Below are positions 10,092 through 18,986 of a stretch of DNA of 34,805 bases, one piece after another. The stretch lies in assembly GCA_944363815.1 (NCBI GenBank), contig CALVVI010000002.1:1-34805 (forward strand), read 5' to 3'. Both the position numbers and the translations under genes were made by a program. The stretch's first letter is position 1. Each line of letters starts with the position of its first letter. The DNA comes from an uncultured Bacilli bacterium. Its GTDB lineage: Bacteria > Bacillota_I > Bacilli_A > RF39 > UBA660. The notes beneath the pieces were generated by a model. That model was not told where the DNA came from, did no database searches, and saw nothing but the letters and a program-made list of their open reading frames with translations.

Positions 10092-11411
10092 ATGTATGAA
10101 AATAAAAAAATTTTAATTTTGGGGGCCGCTAAAAGTGGAATAGCAGTAGCAAAACTATTAGTGGGTAAAAATAATGAAATTATATTAAGTGATTTAAAAG
10201 AATTACCCTCATCTACAGCTCAAGAGTTAGAAGATATGGGAATAAAAATTATGATAACTTTTAATCAATGTGATTTAATCGATTCTAGTTATGATTTAGT
10301 TATAAAAAATCCTGCCATAATGATGACTAGTGAAATTACCAAAAAGTTAAATAAATTACATATTAGGACTGAAAATGAAATGGAAGTAGCATACCATTTT
10401 TTACCAGAAAATGTAACAATTATTGGTGTTACAGGTTCAAATGGTAAGACAACAACAACTACCATAATTTATGAACTTTTAAAACGGCTTAATATAAATG
10501 TAATTTTGGGAGGTAATATTGGTTATCCATTAAGTGAAGTTTTAAAAGGGGTTCAGAAAGAAAGTGTATTACTTTTAGAAATTAGTGATCATCAATTATG
10601 TGATATTCATGATTTTAAAACAAATATTAGTGTTATTACCAATCTTTGCCCAACTCACTTAGATTACCACGGCTCTTATGAAAACTACAAAAAAGCTAAA
10701 AAGAAAATATTTAATTTACATACTTCAAATGATTTAGCAATACTTAATCATGCTAATGAAGATTGCCTAGAATTAAGTAAAGATATTTTATCAAAAAAAG
10801 TTTATTTTAATAATTTTGAAAATTACTATGACAACAATTATATTTATTTACATGGCGAAAAATATTTAAATATTAATAATATTTGTTTACAAGGCGAACA
10901 TAATTATGAAAATATTTTAGCGGCATTACTAGTAGTTGAACAGTTTGGTTTGGATAAAGATATTGTAGTTGACTTTTTAAAGACATTCAGTGGTGTTGAG
11001 CATCGTTTGGAATATGTTGCTAATAAAAATGGAATAGAATACTATAATGATTCAAAATCAACGAATCCTACTGCTACAATTACTGCTTTAAAAACATTTA
11101 CAAAACCAATTCATCTAATTTTAGGAGGCCTAGATCGTAACCAGGATTTCAATGAATTAAATGATTATATAAATTATGTTAAAAAAATATATGCAATCGG
11201 GGAGGTTACAGATAAAGTTGCCAATTATGCTAGCAATTTAAATATCCCTTGTGAAAGATGTTATAATCTAGTAACAGCTATGGAAAAAATTCACCAAAAT
11301 GTGCAAAAAGGTGATGTAGTTTTACTTTCACCAGGTAGTTCTTCTCAAGATCAATATGTTAAATTTGAAGATCGTGGTGACGAATTTAAAAATATAGTTG
11401 AAAAATTTTAA
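10092..11411 (+). CDS. murD: UDP-N-acetylmuramoyl-L-alanine--D-glutamate ligase
   Basis: The N-terminal Rossmann motif ILILGAAKSG, the Mur ligase P-loop GVTGSNGKTTTTT, and DSKSTNP are all present. The start was moved to ATG 10092, which lies 5 nt after AGGTGA (10081-10086). Confidence 0.93.
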   Translation: MYENKKILILGAAKSGIAVAKLLVGKNNEIILSDLKELPSSTAQELEDMGIKIMITFNQCDLIDSSYDLVIKNPAIMMTSEITKKLNKLHIRTENEMEVAYHFLPENVTIIGVTGSNGKTTTTTIIYELLKRLNINVILGGNIGYPLSEVLKGVQKESVLLLEISDHQLCDIHDFKTNISVITNLCPTHLDYHGSYENYKKAKKKIFNLHTSNDLAILNHANEDCLELSKDILSKKVYFNNFENYYDNNYIYLHGEKYLNINNICLQGEHNYENILAALLVVEQFGLDKDIVVDFLKTFSGVEHRLEYVANKNGIEYYNDSKSTNPTATITALKTFTKPIHLILGGLDRNQDFNELNDYINYVKKIYAIGEVTDKVANYASNLNIPCERCYNLVTAMEKIHQNVQKGDVVLLSPGSSSQDQYVKFEDRGDEFKNIVEKF

Positions 11412-11457
11412 ATAAAAGGGTATAATTTAAATATATTGATAATAAGGGGCTGATATT

Positions 11458-12945
11458 ATGAATGAACAAAATCCAAATAATCAAGTAAATCAATCAAATA
11501 CTAATCAACAAGATGGAGGTATTAATTCAAGTGTTTTAGGTAGTGTTGTTGGTCCGACTCCAAGCACTTCAACTCCGCAGGTGGCTCAACAAAATCCAAC
11601 ACCTGCTGAACAACCTGCTACTACTTTAAATCAAACACCGGTTGTTGGAGAACAAGTAGCCAATACCAATCCTGAAGTAAGCAATGCTCAAAATATACAG
11701 GCAGAAACTTTAACATCTCCAGTAAATACCAATCCTGCTGAAGGTACTGTAGCAGATACGCAAACAGAAGCATTAAATCCTGAACCACTTGCATCTTCGC
11801 CATCCCCAATAGCACAACCAATTCCAGGCACTTCAGGAACGCCATATCAAGCAAATAGTTTAACTGGAGATACGGTGGGAGTTGGTACTCCTAATGTGGG
11901 TCAAGAAAATTTAAATTCTAATGCTTTTGTAGAACCAACTAAGGTAGAAAATATTGGTATAACACCTCCAGCTAACAATCCAATTAATAATCAAACTAAA
12001 AAGAAAAAACCAATGAACAAAGTATTATTTGTAATTATAATAATTGTATTAATGGCAGCTGTTGCTTTTGGAGTATACTACTTTTTAAATATTAGCAATA
12101 AAGTAACCGTTAATACTAAAGATGTTCAAATAGGAATTGGTGAAACACTTTCTGATAACATAAATGACTATGCAACAATTACTGGTTCTAAAGCTGGCAC
12201 TTGTACTTTAAATAATCGCAATGTTAATACTACCGTTGCTGGCGAATATGAATTTACTATCACTTGTGGAGAAGAATCCTATACTGGCAAGATTACTGTT
12301 GCTGATTTAGAAGCTCCATCTGTAAGCTTAAATACAGTTTACAAAGTGGTTAATGAATCAGTTACAGTTGATGAATTCATTGATGAATGTAGTGATATGT
12401 CTAATTGTACATCTAATTTTGTTGATGAAAATGCTGTAAACACTAATTTAGCTACAGCTGGTGGGCCTTATGATGTTGCAATAAATGTTGCTGATGAAGC
12501 TGGAAATTCTAAAGAAGTTACTGGAAAGTTATATGTTACACCATATAGTATCAAAGTATTTAGAAGTTGTGAATCTCCAAGCTCTAATGTAGATAATTAT
12601 CAAGCAACTAAAACAACAACAGATTATTTGCCAATAGGTAATGATACTACAAATGGTCTCGTTTACTTAGGGGTATCTCAAAGAATATATACATATACAT
12701 TTACTGACGCTGGTTCTTATGAAAGTGTAGTTGCAGATCATCCTGATACATTAACTTTTGATGGCATAACAGGTACTGCTTCATATAATGATGATGATTT
12801 AACTTTCCAAATAACAACTGATTTAAGTTTAGAAACTTTAAACAGTGAAGCTGGTGGAACATTCCCAACTACTTATGAAGAATTAAGTGTATATTATAAT
12901 AATTTACAATATACATGTAATAATACATTAAATAATGCTGAATAA
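11458..12945 (+). CDS. Single-pass membrane protein with a Q/N/P/T-rich disordered N-terminus (~185 aa), one TM helix, and an extracellular part containing an Ig-like (DUF5011/HYR-like) segment
   Basis: The TM segment is VLFVIIIIVLMAAVAFGVYYFL, preceded by KKKKPMNK. GEYEFTITCGEESYTGKITV and GGPYDVAINVADEAGNSKEVTGKLYV resemble the G-x-Y ... D-x-AGN ending of DUF5011-type Ig domains. RBS AAGGGG. No specific function can be assigned. Confidence 0.6.
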   Translation: MNEQNPNNQVNQSNTNQQDGGINSSVLGSVVGPTPSTSTPQVAQQNPTPAEQPATTLNQTPVVGEQVANTNPEVSNAQNIQAETLTSPVNTNPAEGTVADTQTEALNPEPLASSPSPIAQPIPGTSGTPYQANSLTGDTVGVGTPNVGQENLNSNAFVEPTKVENIGITPPANNPINNQTKKKKPMNKVLFVIIIIVLMAAVAFGVYYFLNISNKVTVNTKDVQIGIGETLSDNINDYATITGSKAGTCTLNNRNVNTTVAGEYEFTITCGEESYTGKITVADLEAPSVSLNTVYKVVNESVTVDEFIDECSDMSNCTSNFVDENAVNTNLATAGGPYDVAINVADEAGNSKEVTGKLYVTPYSIKVFRSCESPSSNVDNYQATKTTTDYLPIGNDTTNGLVYLGVSQRIYTYTFTDAGSYESVVADHPDTLTFDGITGTASYNDDDLTFQITTDLSLETLNSEAGGTFPTTYEELSVYYNNLQYTCNNTLNNAE

Positions 12946-12972
12946 AAGATGTAATCCAAACATCTTTTTTCT
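12945..12972 (+). terminator. Rho-independent terminator
   Basis: AAAGATG (12945-12951) pairs with CATCTTT (12961-12967), followed by a T-run. It lies immediately after the TAA stop at 12943-12945. Confidence 0.65.
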
Positions 12973-13044
12973 TTGATAAAAATGTTTAAAAAAGCTTTAG
13001 AATGGTTTATAATAATAGTATCAAGAATTATAGGTGATAAACAT

Positions 13045-13830
13045 ATGAAATTAAAAAAAATATTAATGTATTTAATCGTAGCTCTATTAGTTATTGGGGT
13101 TGGTATAGCTTTTGTGGTAATTTTTAATTTTGATAATCCCCAAGAAGAGGTGGTACCAGAAATAACTGAAGATGAGGTTTTCAAGCTTTACAATAGTATA
13201 CCTGAAAATCCTATGGGATATGGTGCCACATACCCGGCATATTATACTCAGTATAATAATTTATCTAATACAGTTGTTTTAAGTGCAATTTATGAGTACA
13301 TACTAGATTATGATGCTTCCAAGTTAACATCAATAACAACTGCTGATTTACCTCCTAGTATAATTAATAATACTAATTATGGAAAAATAACTCCGCTATA
13401 TAAAGTTTCAACTTCTACATTTGAAGAATTCTTTCCTAAATTGTTTGGCAAAGACAAACTTGATAAAATGAACATAGAAGATTTCCGTTATGATTATCAA
13501 ACTCTTGCAGAAATTGTTGATGGATATTATTATATTTTTATGGCGGATCCTCTAGAAACAAATACAAATGATATCGTATTTCATGATATGACAAAATATT
13601 TAGTTACTGAAAATAATAAAACTATTGAAATATATGATTATTATTTAAAATGTGATTTAAATACCAATAATTGTTATAATGATGAAAGAAAAACGAAATT
13701 AAATTCCCAAGTTAAATATAGTCCGAACTTTAATATTAATAATTATATTGATAATTTAGTAATTTATAAGCATACTTTTAATTATGAAGACGGATATTAT
13801 TATTGGTGCTCATCAAGCCAAGATAATTGA
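13045..13830 (+). CDS. Hypothetical N-terminally membrane-anchored (signal-anchor) protein
   Basis: MKLKKILMYLIVALLVIGVGIAFVVIF forms a hydrophobic anchor. The start was moved to ATG 13045, 7 nt after AGGTGA (13032-13037). The ORF-track start at 12973 lies inside or just after the upstream terminator. No recognisable family. Confidence 0.6.
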   Translation: MKLKKILMYLIVALLVIGVGIAFVVIFNFDNPQEEVVPEITEDEVFKLYNSIPENPMGYGATYPAYYTQYNNLSNTVVLSAIYEYILDYDASKLTSITTADLPPSIINNTNYGKITPLYKVSTSTFEEFFPKLFGKDKLDKMNIEDFRYDYQTLAEIVDGYYYIFMADPLETNTNDIVFHDMTKYLVTENNKTIEIYDYYLKCDLNTNNCYNDERKTKLNSQVKYSPNFNINNYIDNLVIYKHTFNYEDGYYYWCSSSQDN

Positions 13831-13844
13831 TTCAGCGGTGTAAT

Positions 13845-14840
13845 ATGAACATTTATGAAATTGCTTTAAAAATACTAAGTCATGTTGTGGCTAGTGAATC
13901 GTATCAAAATTCATCTTTTTTTAATCAAACATATAGTTTTTTAACTACCGATAATTCACCATTTGAAGTATTTTTAAAAAAATATGACAACAAATCTAGA
14001 ACTAATTTAAAAAAAATAATGATGTTAATTATATTTGGTGATGCTTATAAAATGCTATTGCGCAATAAATATTGCAATATTGATACTGATTTAGCTGAAG
14101 AACTCTTAGACCAAGTAGAAAGATTATCTGCTCCGGAGATAATTAAAGTGTTTTTTAGTGAAGATTCTCAGTTTGTAAGAGAAATTTTTAGTAATTATTT
14201 TGATTATTCAGAGAGAAATTATATTTTTAGAAATTCTTGTTGGGAGCTAATCCAAAAAAAAGGTAGAGCAAGTATGCTTTTTAAAATAAATCCCTTTGAA
14301 ATTTATAATTTTGAAAACTTGATTACTACTGAGGGATTTATTCATAGCGAAAAAGTGATTCAAATATTTATTGATTTATATGATAGAACATCAATTATTG
14401 TTGATGAATCGTTTGCTGATGACTTTTCCGAAAATATAGATAATTACCTAACTTCTAATACTTTTAAGTCTCTAGCTGAAGAGTTCTTTGCTGGTGATAT
14501 AACCCAAATAAGCAATTTCTATGCAACAATTTTAAGCAATGTCTATGAAAATTTAACGATTAATATAAAGTTTTATAAACATTATCAAAAAGTTTTAGAT
14601 ATATTTGAAAACAATCATGGCTTAGATGTAATTTCTATATTTTTAAATAATAAGCAATTTGCTGAAAGAATTATAGAGTTATTTTTAATGTTTAACGAAG
14701 ACATTGATAAAGAAGACCTTTTTAATCGTCGCTTTAAATTTTTGCAAAGCAAAAATTCTAACATTTTAGAAGAGTTAAACCCCTATTATGATGAGGAACA
14801 GCAAATTTTAAAAAGATATCAACAAAAAATTAAGGAATAA
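13845..14840 (+). CDS. Hypothetical, probably cytoplasmic helical protein
   Basis: This is a long ORF with no TM segment and no recognisable motif. It starts 15 nt after the stop of the preceding gene, so co-transcription is likely. ATG 13845 is preferred to the TTG at 13827. Confidence 0.55.
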   Translation: MNIYEIALKILSHVVASESYQNSSFFNQTYSFLTTDNSPFEVFLKKYDNKSRTNLKKIMMLIIFGDAYKMLLRNKYCNIDTDLAEELLDQVERLSAPEIIKVFFSEDSQFVREIFSNYFDYSERNYIFRNSCWELIQKKGRASMLFKINPFEIYNFENLITTEGFIHSEKVIQIFIDLYDRTSIIVDESFADDFSENIDNYLTSNTFKSLAEEFFAGDITQISNFYATILSNVYENLTINIKFYKHYQKVLDIFENNHGLDVISIFLNNKQFAERIIELFLMFNEDIDKEDLFNRRFKFLQSKNSNILEELNPYYDEEQQILKRYQQKIKE

Positions 14841-14859
14841 ATAAAATCCTTAATTTTTT
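14824..14859. terminator. Bidirectional hairpin terminator between convergent genes
   Basis: AAAAAATTAAGGA (14824-14836) pairs with TCCTTAATTTTTT (14847-14859) across a 10-nt loop. A-runs and T-runs flank both sides. The hairpin overlaps the stop codons of both convergent genes. Confidence 0.6.
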
Positions 14860-16415
14860 AATACGGCGTGGACAACATAACGATTATTTTCATCAGCGCA
14901 TGTAGATAATGTTATTATCTTATCATTTCCAGATAGTTCAATTCCAAAGTCATAAATACTACGATCTTTTAACATTGTATAAAAATTTAACTTATCAGTA
15001 TCATCAGCAAATAAAACTCGCATATAATCAGTTGTTACAGAAATTTTATAAATTGAAAATATTTGATAATTCAAGTCCTCATATAATGTTCTAAATGATA
15101 TTATTTGATTTTCTGGATTAGTATACCAACTATATCTTAATGTATTTTGTAAAGTTCCAAACATAACTCCACTATGATAACGATTGTGCGCATATATTAT
15201 AATATTGTCACTTAAATATTCTGTATTATTTCGATAATCCATAAATACCCAGCCACTATTATCTTCTTCTAAATAATAGTTGTGTTTTAAATAATATTCA
15301 TTATCTACCCCTTGAACAACTGGATAATCTATATTAGTATTATTTACTTTTAACCATCCAATTGTTTCAGGATTTTCTTGAATTAAACTTACAATATCAG
15401 CGTTGACATATAACTTATCATCTTCCTCTTTATCTTCGTTTAACTCCGTCATTATTTTTTCTGAATCATTTATTTGAATAACTTGGGTAATTTTTTCTTG
15501 AATATCATTTACATTTTTCATTGCTGTATAATTATCATAAAATACAAATCCAAATGTAAATATTACAATAAATAAAATCAAGTAACTACAAGTTTTTAAT
15601 ATATTAATATTTGCTTGTTTAAAAATGTTGTTGCGTAAGTATTCGTTGCTATAAGCTAGTTTAAATATAATTTTGTATTTTTTACTTTTTCGTTTGTTAA
15701 ATTTTTTTAAATATTCTATAGTTTCTGGATTATTTATATTTTCGTGGATAACAATCTTAATGTTCTTTTTATTATTTTTTTTCAATGTAGTAATTAAAAA
15801 TTCCAAATCATTTTTATTTATAGCATTAACATCAATCACTTTTAAATATTTGTTTATTTTACAAAATGCTTCAAAATCTTGTTCATCTTGATTAGACATA
15901 GGAAAGTCAATTTTTAATGATATTTTATAAAATAAACTAGAAAACTTATTTAAATTATTTTCTATCATAAAATTAGAAAGGAATAATATCTCATTTCTTG
16001 ATTCTACAACAATTTCATATTTATCTAAGTATTCAATCATAAATGGTTGCAACGTATAACAATTAACACTTTTTATGTATGACTTCATTATTTGCTCACA
16101 CATATGAAAGGTTATGGGACATTCTTCTTTAAAAATAACAGTTCGAATTTGTTTGTTGTTCTTTAATATGTCCAAAAATAGTAAAGCAAATGAATTGTTT
16201 TCTAAAATAATTGTATCAACATTATAATTTTTTGTAAGTTCATCTAAAAAAGTCGCTACTATTTTTTTGTTATTTTCTATATAATCATCCGAAAAAACTA
16301 ATTCATTACAACTAATGACATTAGTATTCAATATACTTTTATATTCAGTAGAAAGTTTTATACGTTCCTTGACAACTAATGAGTTATCTTGGATTTTAAT
16401 CAATATTTTCTTCAT
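14850..16415 (-). CDS. srtB: Class B sortase with a long (~270 aa) N-terminal cytoplasmic extension and one TM helix
   Basis: The C-terminal ~180 aa carry SrtB-type motifs: IGWLKVNNTNIDYPVVQG, IIIYAHN (catalytic His), TLSTC (catalytic Cys) and RYVVHAVL (Arg). The TM helix is at about aa 275-293 (SYLILFIVIFTFGFVF). Residues 1-270 have no recognisable family. RBS AGGGTGA precedes the ATG at 16415. Confidence 0.85.
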   Translation of the reverse strand: MKKILIKIQDNSLVVKERIKLSTEYKSILNTNVISCNELVFSDDYIENNKKIVATFLDELTKNYNVDTIILENNSFALLFLDILKNNKQIRTVIFKEECPITFHMCEQIMKSYIKSVNCYTLQPFMIEYLDKYEIVVESRNEILFLSNFMIENNLNKFSSLFYKISLKIDFPMSNQDEQDFEAFCKINKYLKVIDVNAINKNDLEFLITTLKKNNKKNIKIVIHENINNPETIEYLKKFNKRKSKKYKIIFKLAYSNEYLRNNIFKQANINILKTCSYLILFIVIFTFGFVFYDNYTAMKNVNDIQEKITQVIQINDSEKIMTELNEDKEEDDKLYVNADIVSLIQENPETIGWLKVNNTNIDYPVVQGVDNEYYLKHNYYLEEDNSGWVFMDYRNNTEYLSDNIIIYAHNRYHSGVMFGTLQNTLRYSWYTNPENQIISFRTLYEDLNYQIFSIYKISVTTDYMRVLFADDTDKLNFYTMLKDRSIYDFGIELSGNDKIITLSTCADENNRYVVHAVLKN

Positions 16416-16484
16416 AAGTCACCCTATATTACTTTAATATGATAACACAAATTTACACTTTTTAATATATTTTTTTAAAATTTA

Positions 16485-16513
16485 TGTTGTTTTTTGTATT
16501 TTTATGATATAAT
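16485..16513 (+). promoter_or_regulatory. Extended -10 promoter for the cohesin-like surface protein gene
   Basis: TGaTATAAT lies at 16505-16513. The -35 region is weak (TGTTGT/TTGTTT around 16485-16492). Confidence 0.45.
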
Positions 16514-16543
16514 TTAGACATAATAAAGATAGGAGAGATGTGT

Positions 16544-17092
16544 GTGAAAAAATTATTGAGTATTTTAGTTATTGGTGTATTAGCAATAGCATTTCCTTTG
16601 AAAGCGAGTGCAGCGCCATCGATAACAGGAAGTTGTGAAAAAGATGAAACAAATTGTCCTGATGATGTTTGTCAATCTGTATGTACAATTCGCGTAACTG
16701 GTAATGATACTACACTTCAAACATTTGAAGGAGATTTAGTTTTTACCCCAAGTGATGGTGGTCAAATAGTATCTGTAACTCCTGGTGATGAATGGACAAA
16801 TTTAAGTGGAAATGATGCTCACATTAATTTTATTGCTGCTAACGGTACTGGTGTAACTTCATCTGATTTTACTTTAGCTACAGTTGTTTTAAATGTAGAT
16901 AAAGATATAACAGGTTGTACATTGCGTCTTCAAAATCCATCAGTTGGAACTCCAACAGAAATTGAAGTTGAAGTAACTACTGAAGTAGAAACTGGAGCAA
17001 CTTTACCAATAGCTATTCTTATTTGTGGAATTGCTGCAGGAGCAATAATCTATGCAGTATCCAAGAAAAACAAAAAACTATATAAAATCTAA
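16544..17092 (+). CDS. Small secreted protein with a cohesin-like beta domain and a C-terminal cell-wall-sorting-type signal; candidate sortase substrate
   Basis: The signal peptide is KKLLSILVIGVLAIAFPLKASA/AP. The core FEGDLVFTPSDGGQIVSVTPGDEW...INFIAANGTGVTSSDFTLATVVLNV resembles cohesin-domain strand patterns (tentative). The C-terminus has EVETG (nt 16982-16996), a hydrophobic stretch LPIAILICGIAAGAIIYAV, and a basic tail SKKNKKLYKI. GTG 16544 lies 7 nt after AGGAGAG. The ORF-track ATG at 16538 abuts the RBS. Confidence 0.7.
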   Translation: MKKLLSILVIGVLAIAFPLKASAAPSITGSCEKDETNCPDDVCQSVCTIRVTGNDTTLQTFEGDLVFTPSDGGQIVSVTPGDEWTNLSGNDAHINFIAANGTGVTSSDFTLATVVLNVDKDITGCTLRLQNPSVGTPTEIEVEVTTEVETGATLPIAILICGIAAGAIIYAVSKKNKKLYKI

Positions 17093-17110
17093 TAAATATG
17101 CGAGTTTTTT

Positions 17111-17141
17111 ACAATCTTAGGTTCCTAAGATTGTTTTTTTG
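17111..17141 (+). terminator. Strong Rho-independent terminator
   Basis: ACAATCTTAG (17111-17120) pairs with CTAAGATTGT (17125-17134) around the loop GTTC, followed by TTTTTTT. Confidence 0.85.
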
Positions 17142-17167
17142 TGATAAAATATTGACAGGTGATGAGA

Positions 17168-18664
17168 ATGCGCGAATTTGCTGAACAAGAATTAGTTAGA
17201 AGAGAAAAATTAGAAAAAATTAAAGAATTGGGAATTGATCCATTTGGTCATAAATATGATGTAACAGATTTTTCTTCAAATATAAAAAATAAATATCAAG
17301 ATAAAACTCATGAAGAATTAGAAGAATTAGACGCTCAAGTATCTGTTGCCGGCCGAATTATGTTTATTCGAAAAATGGGAAAAGCTAGTTTTTTTTCTGT
17401 CAAAGATAAATTAGGAAATATTCAAATATATATATCAATAAATGATGTAGGAGAAGAAACGTATAATTTATTTAAAAGTGCTGATATTGGAGATATTGTA
17501 GGTATAAAAGGGACTGTTATGAAAACTAAAACTGGTGAAATTACAATTAAGTGTCATGAATATACCCATTTAGTAAAATCTTTACGGCCTTTGCCAGAAA
17601 AATATCATGGTTTAAGCGACATTGAAGAAAGATTTAGAAGACGTTATGTCGATTTAATAATGAATGATGATGCCAGACGAATTGCTTTTGCTCGTCCTAA
17701 AATAATTCGTTCGATTCAAAAGTATCTTGATAATTTAGGATATGTTGAAGTAGAAACTCCAATTTTAGGTACAATTCTTGGTGGTGCTGCAGCTAGGCCT
17801 TTTGTTACTCACCATAATGCGCAAAACATTGATATGTATTTACGCATTGCTACAGAACTTTCTTTAAAACGTTTACTTGTCGGCGGGATGGATGCCGTAT
17901 ATGAAATAGGTAGATTGTTTAGAAATGAAGGGATGGATCGTAAGCATAATCCGGAATTTACAACAATTGAAGTTTATAAGGCATTTTCTGATTTAGAAGG
18001 AATGATGGATATAACTGAAGGAATTGTAAGTACATGTGCAATGGAACTTAATGGCACTTACGAGCTTGATTACTTGGGTCATCATTTAAATTTGGCTCCC
18101 GGTTTTAAAAGAGCACATATGGTCGATTTAATTAAAGAAAAAACAGGTATAGACTTTTTCCAAAATATGTCTTTTGATGAAGCAAAGAAATTAGCTATTG
18201 CTAATGGTATTGAGATTGAACCACACTTTGGCTATGGCCATATTGTAAATGCTTTTTTTGAAAAATATGTAGAAGATACAATTATAGAGCCAACATTTGT
18301 ATATGGTCATCCAATTGAAATTAGTCCTCTTGCCAAAAAGGATCCAAATGATTCAAGATTTACACAACGCTTCGAACTATTTATTGCTGGATCTGAATAT
18401 GCTAATGCCTTTACAGAATTAAACGATCCAATTGATCAATATGAAAGATTTGAATCTCAACTTAAAGAAAAAGATTTAGGTAATGAAGAGGCTAATGAAA
18501 TGGATATAGATTTTGTTGAGGCCTTGGAATATGGTATGCCTCCAGCTGGTGGTATGGGTATGGGAATAGATAGACTTGTTATGCTCCTTACAGGCAGTGA
18601 AACAATTCGGGAAGTAATATTGTTCCCAACAATGAAACCTTTAGATAAAAGTAAAGGCATGTAG
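17168..18664 (+). CDS. lysS: Lysine--tRNA ligase (class II)
   Basis: An OB-fold N-terminal region is present, along with class II motifs FRNEG and GMPPAGGMGMGIDRLVMLLTG. ATG 17168 lies 5 nt after AGGTGA (17157-17162). Alternative starts are at 17159 and 17162. Confidence 0.95.
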   Translation: MREFAEQELVRREKLEKIKELGIDPFGHKYDVTDFSSNIKNKYQDKTHEELEELDAQVSVAGRIMFIRKMGKASFFSVKDKLGNIQIYISINDVGEETYNLFKSADIGDIVGIKGTVMKTKTGEITIKCHEYTHLVKSLRPLPEKYHGLSDIEERFRRRYVDLIMNDDARRIAFARPKIIRSIQKYLDNLGYVEVETPILGTILGGAAARPFVTHHNAQNIDMYLRIATELSLKRLLVGGMDAVYEIGRLFRNEGMDRKHNPEFTTIEVYKAFSDLEGMMDITEGIVSTCAMELNGTYELDYLGHHLNLAPGFKRAHMVDLIKEKTGIDFFQNMSFDEAKKLAIANGIEIEPHFGYGHIVNAFFEKYVEDTIIEPTFVYGHPIEISPLAKKDPNDSRFTQRFELFIAGSEYANAFTELNDPIDQYERFESQLKEKDLGNEEANEMDIDFVEALEYGMPPAGGMGMGIDRLVMLLTGSETIREVILFPTMKPLDKSKGM

Positions 18665-18772
18665 TGTAACTTAAGGCTTTAAAAATTATTGCAATTATTT
18701 TAGATATAATGAAAAGTACATTTTCTAAAGGATGAAAAAATTATACTAGCAAGAGCACAACCATAATGATTA

Positions 18773-18809
18773 AAAGTGAATTCTAATTTATAAAAATTCA
18801 CTTTTTTTT
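18773..18809 (+). terminator. Rho-independent terminator, about 108 nt downstream of the lysS stop
   Basis: AAAGTGAATT (18773-18782) pairs with AATTCACTTT (18795-18804) across a 12-nt loop, followed by a T-run to 18809. Confidence 0.75.
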
Positions 18810-18937
18810 GGGTAGAAGTTATATTTTTTTGAAAATTTTATTTAACATAGTTTGTCTATGGAAATATTGCGGGACTCAGTAAAGTAGAAATGCCTTGTAG
18901 TGATGCAAGGTCAGTCAAAAAAATATACTTATTAGTC

Positions 18938-18965
18938 TTGTATAAAATTTCTTTAATGTTATAAT
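18938..18965 (+). promoter_or_regulatory. Sigma-A type promoter for the ABC transporter genes
   Basis: TTGTAT (18938-18943), a 16-nt spacer, then TATAAT (18960-18965), with TG at 18957-18958 giving an extended -10 TGtTATAAT. Confidence 0.55.
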
Positions 18966-18986
18966 TAAATTAAGGTAGGTGTAGTA

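Noticed and set aside
12894-13184. A 96-aa minus-strand ORF spanning the 12945-12972 terminator
   Set aside because: It crosses a terminator hairpin and overlaps the ends of two plus-strand genes. Its translation is hydrophobic and low in complexity, so it is most likely spurious.
18773-18804. The inverted repeat GTGAATT...AATTCAC, considered as a possible ArgR/AhrC ARG box ahead of the arginine genes
   Set aside because: The half-site spacing (12 nt) does not fit an 18-bp ARG box. The repeat is followed by a T-run and sits about 180 nt upstream of the nearest promoter. It is better explained as the lysS terminator hairpin.
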